DNA of 64,000 nucleotides from Utricularia gibba (lineage: Eukaryota; Plantae; Magnoliophyta): contig NEEC01000149.1 of the NCBI GenBank assembly GCA_002189035.1, forward strand, positions 1 to 64,000. The letters are read 5' to 3'. Shown in pieces: positions 23,721 through 38,700 of the stretch (position 1 is its first letter; every line of letters starts with the position of its first letter). The notes beneath the pieces were generated by a model that did no database searches, was not told the origin of the DNA, and saw nothing but the letters and a program-made list of their open reading frames with translations. The position numbers were made by a program, and so were the translations under genes.

Positions 23721-26700
23721 TGATTTTTTCAACAACTTACTTTATACTTGAGGAGGCGGTCTTGGGGTGCACCTAGAACGGGACAAAGGTCAGGTTTGGC
23801 TTGCGCCGAGAGTTAGTTGTAGCTCGGCAAATAAAGTGATGTATTTATTAACGTTCAGTTTTTTGGGGGCTGCCTACATGGTTTTTCAAGGAACAGCTTC
23901 TCGTTTTGTGGCGGCCAGTCTCGCTGGGAACTTGGTCCTTGACCCCGATTCTGTATGGCTCATGAGGTCAACCGGATGCAAATTGATTAAAAAAATGATG
24001 CTTTCTTTAAATTACGATATCACGTGCACCCACATGATTTTTTCAACAACTTACTTTATACTTGAGGAGGCGGTCTTGGGGTGCACCTAGAACGGGACAA
24101 AGGTCAGGTTTGGCTTGCGCCGAGAGTTAGTTGTAGCTCGGCAAATAAAGTGATGTATTTATTAACGTTCAGTTTTCGGGGGCTGCCTACATGGTTTTTC
24201 AAGGAACAGCTTCTCGTTTTGTGGCGGCCAGTCTCGCTGGGAACTTGGTCCTTGACCCCGATTCTGTATGGCTCATGAGGTCAACCGGATGCAAATCGAT
24301 TAAAAAAATGATGCCTTTGTTTAAATTACGATATCACGTGCACCCCACATGATTTTTTCAACAACTTACTTTATACTTGAGGAGGCGGTCTTGGGGTGCA
24401 CCTAGAACGGGACAAAGGTCAGGTTTGGCTTGCGCCGAGAGTTAGTTGTAGCTCGGCAAAAAAAGTGATGTATTTATTAACGTTCAGTTTTGGGGGCTGC
24501 CTACATGGTTTTTCAAGGAACAGCTTCTCGTTTTGTGGCGGCCAGTCTCGCTGGGAACTTGGTCCTTGACCCCGATTCTGTATGGCTCATGAGGTCAACC
24601 GGATGCAAATTGATTAAAAAAATGATGCCTTTGTTTAAATTACGATATCACGTGCACCCCACATGATTTTTTCAACAACTTACTTTATACTTGAGGAGGC
24701 GGTCTTGGGGTGCACCTAGAACGGGACAAAGGTCAGGTTTGGCTTGCGCCGAGAGTTAGTTGTAGCTCGGCAAATAAAGTGATGTATTTATTAACGTTCA
24801 GTTTTTGGGGGCTGCCTACATGGTTTTTCAAGGAACAGCTTCTCGTTTTGTGGCGGCCAGTCTCGCTGGGAACTTGGTCCTTGACCCCGATTCTGTATGG
24901 CTCATGAGGTCAACCGGATGCAAATTGATTAAAAAAATGATGCCTTTGTTTAAATTACGATATCACGTGCACCCCACATGATTTTTTCAACAACTTACTT
25001 TATACTTGAGGAGGCGGTCTTGGGGTGCACCTAGAACGGGACAAAGGTCAGGTTTGGCTTGCGCCGAGAGTTAGTTGTAGCTCGGCAAATAAAGTGATGT
25101 ATTTATTAACGTTCAGTTTTTGGGGGCTGCCTACATGGTTTTTCAAGGAACAGCTTCTCGTTTTGTGGCGGCCAGTCTCGCTGGGAACTTGGTCCTTGAC
25201 CCCGATTATGTATGGCTCATGAGGTCAACCGGATGCAAATCGATTAAAAAAATGATGCCTTTGTTTAAATTACGATATCACGTGCACCCCACATGATTTT
25301 TTCAACAACTTACTTTATACTTGGGAGGCGGTCTTGGGTGCACCTAGAACGGGACAAAGGTCAGGTTTGGCTTGCGCCGAGAGTTAGTTGTAGCTCGGAA
25401 AATAAAGTGATGTATTTATTAACGTTCAGTTTTCGGGGGCTGCCTACATGGTTTTTCAAGGAACAGCTTCTCGTTTTGTGGCGGCCAGTCTCGCTGGGAA
25501 CTTGGTCCTTGACCCCGATTCTGTATGGCTCATGAGGTCAACCGGATGCAAATCGATTAAAAAAATGATGCCTTTCTTTTAAATTACGATATCACGTGCA
25601 CCCCACATGATTTTTTCAACAACTTACTTTATACTTGAGGAGGCGGTCTTGGGGTGCACCTAGAACGGGACAAAGGTCAGGTTTGGCTTGCGCCGAGAGT
25701 TAGTTGTAGCTCGGCAAATAAAGTGATGTATTTATTAACGTTCAGTTTTCGGGGGCTGCCTACATGGTTTTTCAAGGAACAGCTTCTCGTTTTGTGGCGG
25801 CCAGTCTCGCTGGGAACTTGGTCCTTGACCCCGATTCTGTATGGCTCATGAGGTCAACCGGATGCAAATCGATTAAAAAAAATGATGCCTTTGTTTAAAT
25901 TACGATATCACGTGCACCCCACATGATTTTTTCAACAACTTACTTTATACTTGAGGAGGCGGTCTTGGGGTGCACCTAGAACGGGACAAAGGTCAGGTTT
26001 GGCTTGCGCCGAGAGTTAGTTGTAGCTCGGCAAATAAAGTGATGTATTTATTAACGTTCAGTTTTTGGGGGCTGCCTACATGGTTTTTCAAGGAACAGCT
26101 TCTCGTTTTGTGGCGGCCAGTCTCGCTGGGAACTTGGTCCTTGACCCCGATTCTGTATGGCTCATGAGGTCAACCGGATGGAAAATCGATTAAAAAAATG
26201 ATGCCTTTTTTAAATTACGATATCACGTGCACCCCACATGATTTTTTCAACAACTTACTTTATACTTGAGGAGGCGGTCTTGGGGTGCACCTAGAACGGG
26301 ACAAAGGTCAGGTTTGGCTTGCGCCGAGAGTTAGTTGTAGCTCGGCAAATAAAGTGATGTATTTATTAACGTTCAGTTTTCGGGGGCTGCCTACATGGTT
26401 TTTCAAGAAACAGCTTCTCGTTTTGTGGCGGCCAGTCTCGCTGGGAACTTGGTCCTTGACCCCGATTCTGTATGGCTCATGAGGTCAACCGGATGCAAAT
26501 CGATTTTGTGAGCGGCCAGTCTCTTGCTAAAACGTTGGTCCTTGACCCCGATTCTGTACATGGCTCATGAGGTCAACCGGATGCAAATCATGATTAAAAA
26601 ATACTTGCATTACTTTAAAGGACGATCTTGGCACACACCCCACAACGGACAAAGGTAACTTACTTTGCGCCGAGAGAGGCGGTCTTGGGGTGCACCTAGA

Positions 26701-29700
26701 ACGGGACAAAGGTCAGGTTTGGCTTGCGCCGAGAGTTAGTTGTAGCACGGCAAATAAAGTGATGTATTTATTAACGTTCAGTTTTGGGGGCTGCCTACAT
26801 GGTTTTTCAAGGAACAGCTTCTCGTTTTGTGGCGGCCAGTCTCGCTGGGAACTTGGTCCTGGACCCCGATTCTGTATGGCTCATGAGGTCAACCGGATGG
26901 AAATCGATTAAAAAAATGATGCTTTTTAAATTACGATATCACGTGCACCCACATGATTTTTTCAACAACTTACTTTATACTTGAGGAGGCGGTCTTGGGG
27001 TGCACCTAGAACGGGACAAGGTCAGGTTTGGCTTGCGCCGAGAGTTAGTTGTAGCCGGCAAATAAAGTGATGTATTTATTAACGTTCAGTTTTGGGGGCT
27101 GCCTACATGGTTTTTCAAGGAACAGCTTCTCGTTTTGTGGCGGCCAGTCTCGCTGGGAACTTGGTCCTTGACCCCGATTCTGTATGGCTCATGAGGTCAA
27201 CCGGATGCAAATCGATTAAAAAAATGATGCCTTTGTTTAAATTACGATATCACGTGCACCCACATGATTTTTTCAACAACTTACTTTATACTTGGGAGGC
27301 GGTCTTGGGGTGCACCTAGAACGGGACAAAGGTCAGGTTTGGCTTGCGCGAGAGTTAGTTGTAGCTCGGAAAATAAGTGATGTATTTATTAACGTTCAGT
27401 TTTCGGGGGCTGCCTACATGGTTTTTCAAGAACAGCTTCTCGTTTTGTGGCGGCCAGTCTCGCTGGGAACTTGGTCCTTGACCCCGATTCTGTATGGCTC
27501 ATGAGGTCAACCGGATGGAAATCGACTTTTTTATTACTATGTGCAGGAGGAGGCGGTCTTGGGTGCACTAGAACGGGACAAAGGTCAGGTTTGGCTTGCG
27601 CGAGAGTTAGTTGTAGCTCGGAAATAAAGTGATGTATTTATTAACGTTCAGTTTTCGGGGCTGCCTACATGGTTTTTCAAGGAACAGCTTCTCGTTTTGT
27701 GGCGGCCAGTCTCGCTGGGAACTTGGTCCTTGACCCCGATTCTGTATGGCTCATGAGGTCAACCGGATGGAAATCGATTAAAAAATGATGCCTTTTTAAA
27801 TTACGATATCACGACCCCACATGATTTTTTCAACAACTTACTTTATACTTGTCTTGGGGTGCACCTAGAACGGGACAAAGGTCAGGTTTGGCTTGCGCCG
27901 AGAGTTAGTTGTAGCTCGGCAAATAAAGTGATGTATTTATTAACGTTCAGTTTTCGGGGGCTGCCTACATGGTTTTTCAAGAACAGCTTCTCGTTTGTGG
28001 CGGCCAGTCTCGCTGGAAACTTGGTCCTTGACCCCGATTCTGTATGGCTCATGAGGTCAACCGGATGCAAATCGATTAAAAAAATGATGCCTTTGTTTAA
28101 ATTACGATATCACGTGCACCCCACATGATTTTTTTCAACAACTTACTTTATACTTGAGGAGGCGGTCTTGGGGTGCACCTAGAACGGGACAAAGGTCAGG
28201 TTTGGCTTGCGCCGAGAGTTAGTTGTAGCTCGGCAAATAAAGTGATGTATTTATTAACGTTCAGTTTTTGGGGGCTACCTACATGGTTTTTCAAGAACAG
28301 CTTCTCGTTTTGTGGCGGCCAGTCTCGCTGGAACTTGGTCCTTGACCCCGATTCTGTATGGCTCATGAGGTCAACCGGATGCAAATTGATTAAAAAAATG
28401 ATGCCTTTCTTTAAATTACGATATCACGTGCACCCCACATGATTTTTTCAACAACTTACTTTATACTTGAGGAGGCGGTCTTGGGGTGCACCTAGAACGG
28501 GACAAAGGTCAGGTTTGGCTTGCGCCGAGAGTTAGTTGTAGCCGGCAAATAAAGTGATGTATTTATTAACGTTCAGTTTTCGGGGCTGCCTACATGGTTT
28601 TTCAAGGAACAGCTTCTCGTTTGTGGCGGCCAGTCTCGCTGGGAACTTGGTCCTTGACCCCGATTCTGTATGGCTCATGAGGTCAACCGGATGCAAATCG
28701 ATTAAAAAAATGATGCCTTTGTTTAAATTACGATATCACGTGCACCCCACATGATTTTTTCAACAACTTACTTTATACTTGGGAGGCGGTCTTGGGGTGC
28801 ACCTAGAACGGGACAAAGGTCAGGTTTGGCTTGCGCCGAGAGTTAGTTGTAGCTCGGAAAATAAAGTGATGTATTTATTAACGTTCAGTTTTGGGGGCTG
28901 CCTACATGGTTTTTCAAGGAACAGCTTCTCGTTTTGTGGCGGCCAGTCTCGCTGGGAACTTGGTCCTTGACCCCGATTCTGTATGGCTCATGAGGTCAAC
29001 CGGATGGAAATTGATTAAAAAAATGATGCCTTTTTTAAATACGATATCACGTGCACCCCACATGATTTTTCAACAACTTACTTTATACTTGAGGAGGCGG
29101 TCTTGGGGTGCACCTAGAACGGGACAAAGGTCAGGTTTGGCTTGCGCCGAGAGTTAGTTGTAGCTCGGCAAATAAAGTGATGTATTTATTAACGTTCAGT
29201 TTTTGGGGGCTGCCTACATGGTTTTTCAAGAACAGCTTCTCGTTTTGTGGCGGCCAGTCTCGCTGGGAACTTGGTCCTTGACCCCGATTCTGTATGGCTC
29301 ATGAGGTCAACCGGATGGAAATTGATTAAAAAAATGATGCCTTTCTTTAAATACGATATCACGTGCACCCCACATGATTTTTTCAACAACTTACTTTATA
29401 CTTGAGGAGGCGGTCTTGGGGTGCACCTAGAACGGGACAAAGGTCAGGTTTGGCTTGCGCCGAGAGTTAGTTGTAGCCGGCAAATAAAGTGATGTATTTT
29501 AACGTTCAGTTTTCGGGGGCTGCCTACATGGTTTTTCAAGGAACAGCTTCTCGTTTTGTGGCGGCCAGTCTCGCTGGCTTGGTCCTTGACCCCGATTCTG
29601 TATGGCTCATGAGGTCAACCGGATGCAAATCGATTAAAAAAATGATGCCTTTGTTTAAATTACGATATCACGTGCACCCCACATGATTTTTTCAACAACT

Positions 29701-32700
29701 TACTTTATACTTGAGGAGGCGGTCTTGGGTGCACCTAGAACGGGACAAAGGTCAGGTTTGGCTTGCGCCGAGAGTTAGTTGTAGCTCGGCAAATAAAGTG
29801 ATGTATTTATTAACGTTCAGTTTTTGGGGGCTGCCTACATGGTTTTCAAGAACAGCTTCTCGTTTTTGTGGCGGCCAGTCTCGCTGGGAACTTGGTCCTT
29901 GACCCCGATTCTGTATGGCTCATGAGGTCAACCGGATGCAAATTGATTAAAAAAATGATGCCTTTCTTTAAATTACGATATCACGTGCACCCCACATGAT
30001 TTTTTCAACAACTTACTTTATACTTGAGGAGGCGGTCTTGGGGTGCACCTAGAACGGGACAAAGGTCAGGTTTGGCTTGCGCCGAGAGTTAGTTGTACTC
30101 GGCAAATAAAGTGATGTATTTATTAACGTTCAGTTTTCGGGGGCTGCCTACATGGTTTTTCAAGGAACAGCTTCTCGTTTTGTGGCGGCCAGTCTCGCTG
30201 GGAACTTGGTCCTTGACCCCGATTCTGTATGGCTCATGAGGTCAACCGGATGCAAATCGATTAAAAAATGATGCCTTTGTTTAAATTACGATATCACGTG
30301 CACCCCACATGATTTTTTCAACAACTTACTTTATACTTGGGAGGCGGTCTTGGGGTGCACCTAGAACGGGACAAAGGTCAGGTTTGGCTTGCGCCGAGAG
30401 TTAGTTGTAGCTCGGAAAATAAAGTGATGTATTTATTAACGTTCAGTTTTCGGGGCTGCCTACATGGTTTTTCAAGGAACAGCTTCTCGTTTTGTGGCGG
30501 CCAGTCTCGCTGGGAACTTGGTCCTTGACCCCGATTATGTATGCTCATGAGGTCAACCGGATGCAAATTGATTAAAAAATGATGCCTTTGTTTAAATTAC
30601 GATATCACGTGCACCCCACATGATTTTTTCAACAACTTACTTTATACTTGAGGAGGCGGTCTTGGGGTGCACCTAGAACGGGACAAAGGTCAGGTTTGGC
30701 TTGCGCCGAGAGTTAGTTGTAGCTCGGCAAATAAAGTGATGTATTTATTAACGTTCAGTTTTGGGGGCTGCCTACATGGTTTTTCAAGGAACAGCTTCTC
30801 GTTTTTGTGGCGGCCAGTCTCGCTGGGAACTTGGTCCTTGACCCCGATTATGTATGCTCATGAGGTCAACCGGATGCAAATTGATTAAAAAAATGATGCC
30901 TTTGTTTAAATTACGATATCACGTGCACCCCACATGATTTTTTCAACAACTTACTTTATACTTGAGGAGGCGGTCTTGGGGTGCACCTAGAACGGGACAA
31001 AGGTCAGGTTTGGCTTGCGCCGAGAGTTAGTTGTAGCTCGGAAAATAAAGTGATGTATTTATTAACGTTCAGTTTTCGGGGGCTGCCTACATGGTTTTTC
31101 AAGGAACAGCTTCTCGTTTTGTGGCGGCCAGTCTCGCTGGGAACTTGGTCCTGACCCCGATTCTGTATGGCTCATGAGGTCAACCGGATGCAAATCGATT
31201 AAAAAAATGATGCCTTTTTTAAATTACGATATCACGTGCACCCCACATGATTTTTTCAACAACTTACTTTATACTTGAGGAGGCGGTCTTGGGTGCACCT
31301 AGAACGGACAAAGGTCAGGTTTGGCTTGCGCCGAGAGTTAGTTGTAGCTCGGAAAATAAAGTGATGTATTAACGTTCAGTTTTGGGGGCTGCCTACATGG
31401 TTTTTCAAGGAACAGCTTCTCGTTTTGTGGCGGCCAGTCTCGCTGGGAACTTGGTCCTTGACCCCGATTCTGTATGGCTCATGAGGTCAACCGGAAATCG
31501 ATTAAAAAAATGATGCCTTTTTAAATTACGATATCACGTGCACCCCACATGATTTTTTCAACAACTTACTTTATACTTGAGGAGGCGGTCTTGGGTGCAC
31601 CTGAACGGGACAAAGGTCAGGTTTGGCTTGCGCCGAGAGTTAGTTGTAGCTCGGAAATAAAGTGATGTATTTATTAACGTTCAGTTTTTGGGGGCTACCT
31701 ACATGGTTTTTCAAGGAACAGCTTCTCGTTTTGTGGCGGCCAGTCTCGCTGGGAACTTGGTCCTTGACCCCGATTATGTATGCTCATGAGGTCAACCGGA
31801 TGCAAATTGATTAAAAAAATGATGCCTTTTTAAATTACGATATCACGTGCACCCCACATGATTTTTTCAACAACTTACTTTATACTTGAGGAGGCGGTCA
31901 ACCGGATGCAAATCGATTAAAAAAATGTTTGTTTAAATTACGATATCACGTGCACCCCACATGATTTTTTCAACAACTTACTTTATACTTGAGGAGGCGG
32001 TCTTGGGGTGCACCTGGAACGGACAAAGGTCAGGTTTGGCTTGCGCGAGAGTTAGTTGTAGCTCGGAATGTGATGTATTTATTAACGTTCAGTTTTGGGG
32101 GCTGCCTACATGGTTTTTCAAGGAACGTTTTGTGGCGGCCAGTCTCGCTGGGAACTTGGTCCTTGACCCCGATTCTGTATGGCTCATGAGGTCAACCGGA
32201 TGCAAATCGATTAAAAAAAATGATGCTTTGTTTAAATTACGATATCACGTGCACCCCACATGATTTTTTCAACAACTTTATACTTGAGGAGGCGGTCTTG
32301 GGGTGCACCTGGAACGGGACAAAGGTCAGGGCTTTGCGAGAGTTAGTTGTAAAAAAAAGTGATGTATTTATTAACGTTCAGTTTTGGGGCTGCCTACATG
32401 GTTTTTCAAGGAACAGCTTCTCGTTTTGTGGCGGCCAGTCTCGCTGGAACTTGGTCCCCGATTCTGTATGGCTCATGAGGTCAACCGGATGCAAATCGAT
32501 TAAAAAATGATGCCTTTGTTTAAATTACGATATCACGTGCACCCCACATGATTTTTTCAACAACTTACTTTATACTTGAGGAGGCGGTCTTGGGTGCACG
32601 GGACAAAGGTCAGGTTTGGCTTGCGCCGAGAGTTAGTTGTAGCCGGAAATAAAGTGATGTATTTATTAACGTTCAGTTTTGGGGGCTGCCTACATGGTTT

Positions 32701-35700
32701 TTCAAGGAACAGCTTCTCGTTTTGTGGCGGCCAGTCTCGCTGGGAACTTGGTCCTTGACCCCGATTCTGTATGGCTCATGAGGTCAACCGGATGCAAATC
32801 GATTAAAAAAAATGATGCCTTTGTTTAAATTACGATATCACGTGCACCCCACATGATTTTTTCAACAACTTACTTTATACTTGAGGAGGCGGTCTTGGGT
32901 GCACCTAGAACGGGACAAAGGTCAGGTTTGGCTTGCGCCGAGAGTTAGTTGTAGCTCGGAAATAAAGTGATGTATTTATTAACGTTCAGTTTTGGGGCTG
33001 CCTACATGGTTTTTCAAGGAACAGCTTCTCGTTTTTGTGGCGGCCAGTCTCGCTGGGAACTTGGTCCTTGACCCCGATTGTATGCTCATGAGGTCAACCG
33101 GATGCAAATCGATTAAAAATGATGCCTTTGTTTAAATTACGATATCACGTGCACCCCACATGATTTTTTCAACAACTTACTTTATACTTGAGGAGGCGGT
33201 CTTGGGGTGCACCTGGAACGGGACAAAGGTCAGGTTTGGCTTGCGCCGAGAGTTAGTTGTAGCTCGGCAAATAAAGTGATGTATTTATTAACGTTCAGTT
33301 TTGGGGGCTGCCTACATGGTTTTTCAAGGAACAGCTTCTCGTTTTGTGGCGGCCAGTCTCGCTGGGAACTTGGTCCTTGACCCCGATTCTGTATGGCTCA
33401 TGAGGTCAACCGGATGCAAATCGATTAAAAAAATGATGCCTTTTGTTTAAATTACGATATCACGTGCACCCCACATGATTTTTTCAACAACTTACTTTAT
33501 ACTTGAGGAGTCTTGGGGGCACGGAACGGGACAAAGGTCAGGTTTGGCTTGCGCCGAGAGTTAGTTGTAGCTCGGCAAATAAAGTGATGTATTTATTAAC
33601 GTTCAGTTTTCGGGGGCTGCCTACATGGTTTTTCAAGGAACAGCTTCTCGTTTTGTGGCGGCCAGTCTCGCTGGGAACTTGGTCCTTGACCCGATTCTGT
33701 ATGGCTCATGAGGTCAACCGGATGCAAATCGATTAAAAAAATGATGCTTTGTTTAAATTACGATATCACGTGCACCCACATGATTTTTTCAACAACTTAC
33801 TTTATACTTGAGGAGGGTCTTGGGGTGCACAGAACGGGACAAAGGTCAGGTTTGGCTTGCGCCGAGAGTTAGTTGTAGCTCGGCAAAAAAGTGATGTATT
33901 TATTAACGTTCAGTTTTCGGGGGCTGCCTACATGGTTTTTCAAGGAACAGCTTCTCGTTTTGTGGCGGCCAGTCTCGCTGGAACTTGGTCCCCCCGATTC
34001 TGTATGGCTCATGAGGTCAACCGGATGCAAATCGATTAAAAAATGATGCTTTGTTTAAATTACGATATCACGTGCACCCCACATGATTTTTTCAACAACT
34101 TACTTTATACTTGAGGAGGCGGTCTTGGGGTGCACCTGGAACGGGACAAAGGTCAGGTTTGGCTTGCGCCGAGAGTTAGTTGTAGCCGGCAAATAAAGTG
34201 ATGTATTTATTAACGTTCAGTTTTGGGGGCTGCCTACATGGTTTTTCAAGGAACAGCTTCTCGTTTTGTGGCGGCCAGTCTCGCTGGAACTTGGTCCTTG
34301 ACCCCGATTCTGTATGGCTCATGAGGTCAACCGGATGGAAATCGATTAAAAAAATGATGCCTTTGTTTAAATTACGATATCACGTGCACCCACATGATTT
34401 TTTCAACAACTTACTTTATACTTGAGGAGGCGGTCTTGGGGTGCACCTAAACGGGACAAAGGTCAGGTTTGGCTTGCGCCGAGAGTTAGTTGTAGCGGCA
34501 AATAAAGTGATGTATTTATTAACGTTCAGTTTTCGGGGGCTGCCTACATGGTTTTTCAAGGAACAGCTTCTCGTTTTGTGGCGGCCAGTCTCGCTGGGAA
34601 CTTGGTCCTTGACCCCGATTCTGTATGGCTCATGAGGTCAACCGGATGCAAATCGATTAAAAAAAATGATGCTTTTGTTTAAATTACGATATCACGTGCA
34701 CCCCACATGATTTTTTCAACAACTTACTTTATACTTGAGGAGGCGGTCTTGGGGTGCACCTAGAACGGGACAAAGGTCAGGTTTGGCTTGCGCCGAGAGT
34801 TAGTTGTAGCTCGGCAAATAAAGTGATGTATTTATTAACGTTCAGTTTTGGGGGCTGCCTACATGGTTTTTCAAGGAACAGCTTCTCGTTTTGTGGCGGC
34901 CAGTCTCGCTGGGAACTTGGTCCTTGACCCGATTCTGTATGGCTCATGAGGTCAACCGGATGAAATCGATTAAAGAAATGATGCCTTTGTTTAAATTACG
35001 ATATCACGTGCACCCCACATGATTTTTTCAACAACTTACTTTATACTTGAGGAGGCGGTCTTGGGTGCACCTAGAACGGGACAAAGGTCAGGTTTGGCTT
35101 GCGCCGAGAGTTAGTTGTACCGGCAAATAAAGTGATGTATTTATTAACGTTCAGTTTTCGGGGGCTGCCTACATGGTTTTTCAAGGAACAGCTTCTCGTT
35201 TTGTGGCGGCCAGTCTCGCTGGGAACTTGGTCCTTGACCCCGATTCTGTATGGCTCATGAGGTCAACCGGATGCAAATCGATTAAAAAAATGATGCCTTT
35301 GTTTAAATTACGATATCACGTGCACCCCACATGATTTTTTCAACAACTTACTTTATACTTGAGGAGGCGGTCTTGGGGTGCACCTAGAACGGGACAAAGG
35401 TCAGGTTTGGCTTGCGCCGAGAGTTAGTTGTAGCTCGGCAAATAAAGTGATGTATTTATTAACGTTCAGTTTTTGGGGGCTGCCTACATGGTTTTTCAAG
35501 AACAGCTTCTCGTTTTGTGGCGGCCAGTCTCGCTGGGAACTTGGTCCTTGACCCCGATTCTGTATGGCTCATGAGGTCAACCGGATGGAAATCGATTAAA
35601 AAAATGATGCCTTTTTTTAAATTACGATATCACGTGCACCCCACATGATTTTTCAACAACTTACTTTATACTTGAGGAGGCGGTCTTGGGGTGCACCTAG

Positions 35701-38700
35701 AACGGGACAAAGGTCAGGTTTGGCTTGCGCCGAGAGTTAGTTGCCGGCAAATAAAGTGATGTATTTATTAACGTTCAGTTTTCGGGGCTGCCTACATGGT
35801 TTTTCAAGGAACAGCTTCTCGTTTTGTGGCGGCCAGTCTCGCTGGAACTTGGTCCTTGACCCCGATTCTGTATGGCTCATGAGGTCAACCGGATGCAAAT
35901 CGATTAAAAAAAATGATGCCTTTGTTTAAATTACGATATCACGTGCACCCCACATGATTTTTTCAACAACTTACTTTATACTTGGGAGGCGGTCTTGGGG
36001 TGCACCTAGAACGGGACAAAGGTCAGGTTTGGCTTGCGCCGAGAGTTAGTTGTAGCTCGGCAAATAAAGTGATGTATTTATTAACGTTCAGTTTTTGGGG
36101 GCTGCCTACATGGTTTTTCAAGGAACAGCTTCTCGTTTTGTGGCGGCCAGTCTCGCTGGGAACTTGGTCCTTGACCCCGATTCTGTATGGCTCATGAGGT
36201 CAACCGGATGCAAATCGATTAAAAAAATGATGCCTTTGTTTAAATTACGATATCACGTGCACCCCACATGATTTTTTCAACAACTTACTTTATACTTGAG
36301 GAGGCGGTCTTGGGTGCACCTGAACGGGACAAAGGTCAGGTTTGGCTTGCGCCGAGAGTTAGTTGTAGCTCGGCAAATAAAGTGATGTATTTATTAACGT
36401 TCAGTTTTGGGGGCTGCCTACATGGTTTTTCAAGGAACAGCTTCTCGTTTTGTGGCGGCCAGTCTCGCTGGGAACTTGGTCCTTGACCCCGATTCTGTAT
36501 GGCTCATGAGGTCAACCGGATGCAAATCGATTAAAAAAATGATGCCTTTGTTTAAATTACGATATCACGTGCACCCACATGATTTTTTCAACAACTTACT
36601 TTATACTTGAGGGCGGTCTTGGGGTGCACCTAGAACGGGACAAAGGTCAGGTTTGGCTTGCGCCGAGAGTTAGTTGTAGCTCGGAAAATAAAGTGATGTA
36701 TTTATTAACGTTCAGTTTTCGGGGCTGCCTACATGGTTTTTCAAGGAACAGCTTCTCGTTTTGTGGCGGCCAGTCTCGCTGGGAACTTGGTCCTTGACCC
36801 CGATTCTGTATGGCTCATGAGGTCAACCGGATGCAAATCGATTAAAAAAAATGATGCCTTTGTTTAAATTACGATATCACGTGCACCCCACATGATTTTT
36901 TCAACAACTTACTTTATACTTGAGGAGGCGGTCTTGGGTGCACCTAGAACGGGACAAAGGTCAGGTTTGGCTTGCGCCGAGAGTTAGTTGTAGCTCGGAA
37001 AATAAAGTGATGTATTTATTAACGTTCAGTTTTCGGGGGCTGCCTACATGGTTTTTCAAGGAACAGCTTCTCGTTTTGTGGCGGCCAGTCTCGCTGGGAA
37101 CTTGGTCCTTGACCCGATTCTGTATGGCTCATGAGGTCAACCGGATGCAAATCGATTAAAAAATGATGCCTTTGTTTAAATTACGATATCACGTGCACCC
37201 CACATGATTTTTTCAACAACTTACTTTATACTTGAGGAGGCGGTCTTGGGGTGCACCTAGAACGGGACAAAGGTCAGGTTTGGCTTGCGCCGAGAGTTAG
37301 TTGTAGCTCGGCAAATAAAGTGATGTATTTATTAACGTTCAGTTTTGGGGGCTGCCTACATGGTTTTTCAAGGAACAGCTTCTCGTTTTGTGGCGGCCAG
37401 TCTCGCTGGGAACTTGGTCCTTGACCCCGATTCTGTATGGCTCATGAGGTCAACCGGATGCAAATGATTAAAAAAAATGATGCCTTTGTTTAAATTACGA
37501 TATCACGTGCACCCCACATGATTTTTTCAACAACTTACTTTATACTTGAGGAGGCGGTCTTGGGGTGCACCTAGAACGGGACAAAGGTCAGGTTTGGCTT
37601 GCGCGAGAGTTAGTTGTAGCCGGCAAATAAAGTGATGTATTTATTAACGTTCAGTTTTGGGGGCTGCCTACATGGTTTTTCAAGGAACAGCTTCTCGTTT
37701 TGTGGCGGCCAGTCTCGCTGGGAACTTGGTCCTTGACCCCGATTCTGTATGGCTCATGAGGTCAACCGGATGCAAATCGATTAAAAAAAATGATGCCTTT
37801 GTTTAAATTACGATATCACGTGCACCCCACATGATTTTTTCAACAACTTACTTTATACTTGGGAGGCGGTCTTGGGGTGCACCTAGAACGGGACAAAGGT
37901 CAGGTTTGGCTTGCGCCGAGAGTTAGTTGTAGCTCGGCAAATAAAGTGATGTATTTATTAACGTTCAGTTTTGGGGGCTGCCTACATGGTTTTTCAAGAA
38001 CAGCTTCTCGTTTTGTGGCGGCCAGTCTCGCTGGGAACTTGGTCCTTGACCCCGATTCTGTATGGCTCATGAGGTCAACCGGATGCAAATCGATTAAAAA
38101 AATGATGCTTTGTTTAAATTACGATATCACGTGCACCCCACATGATTTTTTCAACAACTTACTTTATACTTGAGGAGGCGGTCTTGGGGTGCACCTAGAA
38201 CGGGACAAAGGTCAGGTTTGGCTTGCGCCGAGAGTTAGTTGTAGCTCGGCAAATAAAGTGATGTATTTATTAACGTTCAGTTTTCGGGGCTGCCTACATG
38301 GTTTTTCAAGGAACAGCTTCTCGTTTTGTGGCGGCCAGTCTCGCTGGGAACTTGGTCCTTGACCCCGATTCTGTATGGCTCATGAGGTCAACCGGATGCA
38401 AATCGATTAAAGAAAATGATGCCTTTGTTTAAATTACGATATCACGTGCACCCACATGATTTTTTCAACAACTTACTTTATACTTGAGGAGGCGGTCTTG
38501 GGGTGCACCTGAACGGGACAAAGGTCAGGTTTGGCTTGCGCCGAGAGTTAGTTGTAGCTCGGAAAATAAAGTGATGTATTTATTAACGTTCAGTTTTCGG
38601 GGGCCTACATGGTTTTTCAAGGAACAGCTTCTCGTTTTGTGGCGGCCAGTCTCGCTGGGAACTTGGTCCTTGACCCCGATTCTGTATGGCTCATGAGGTC

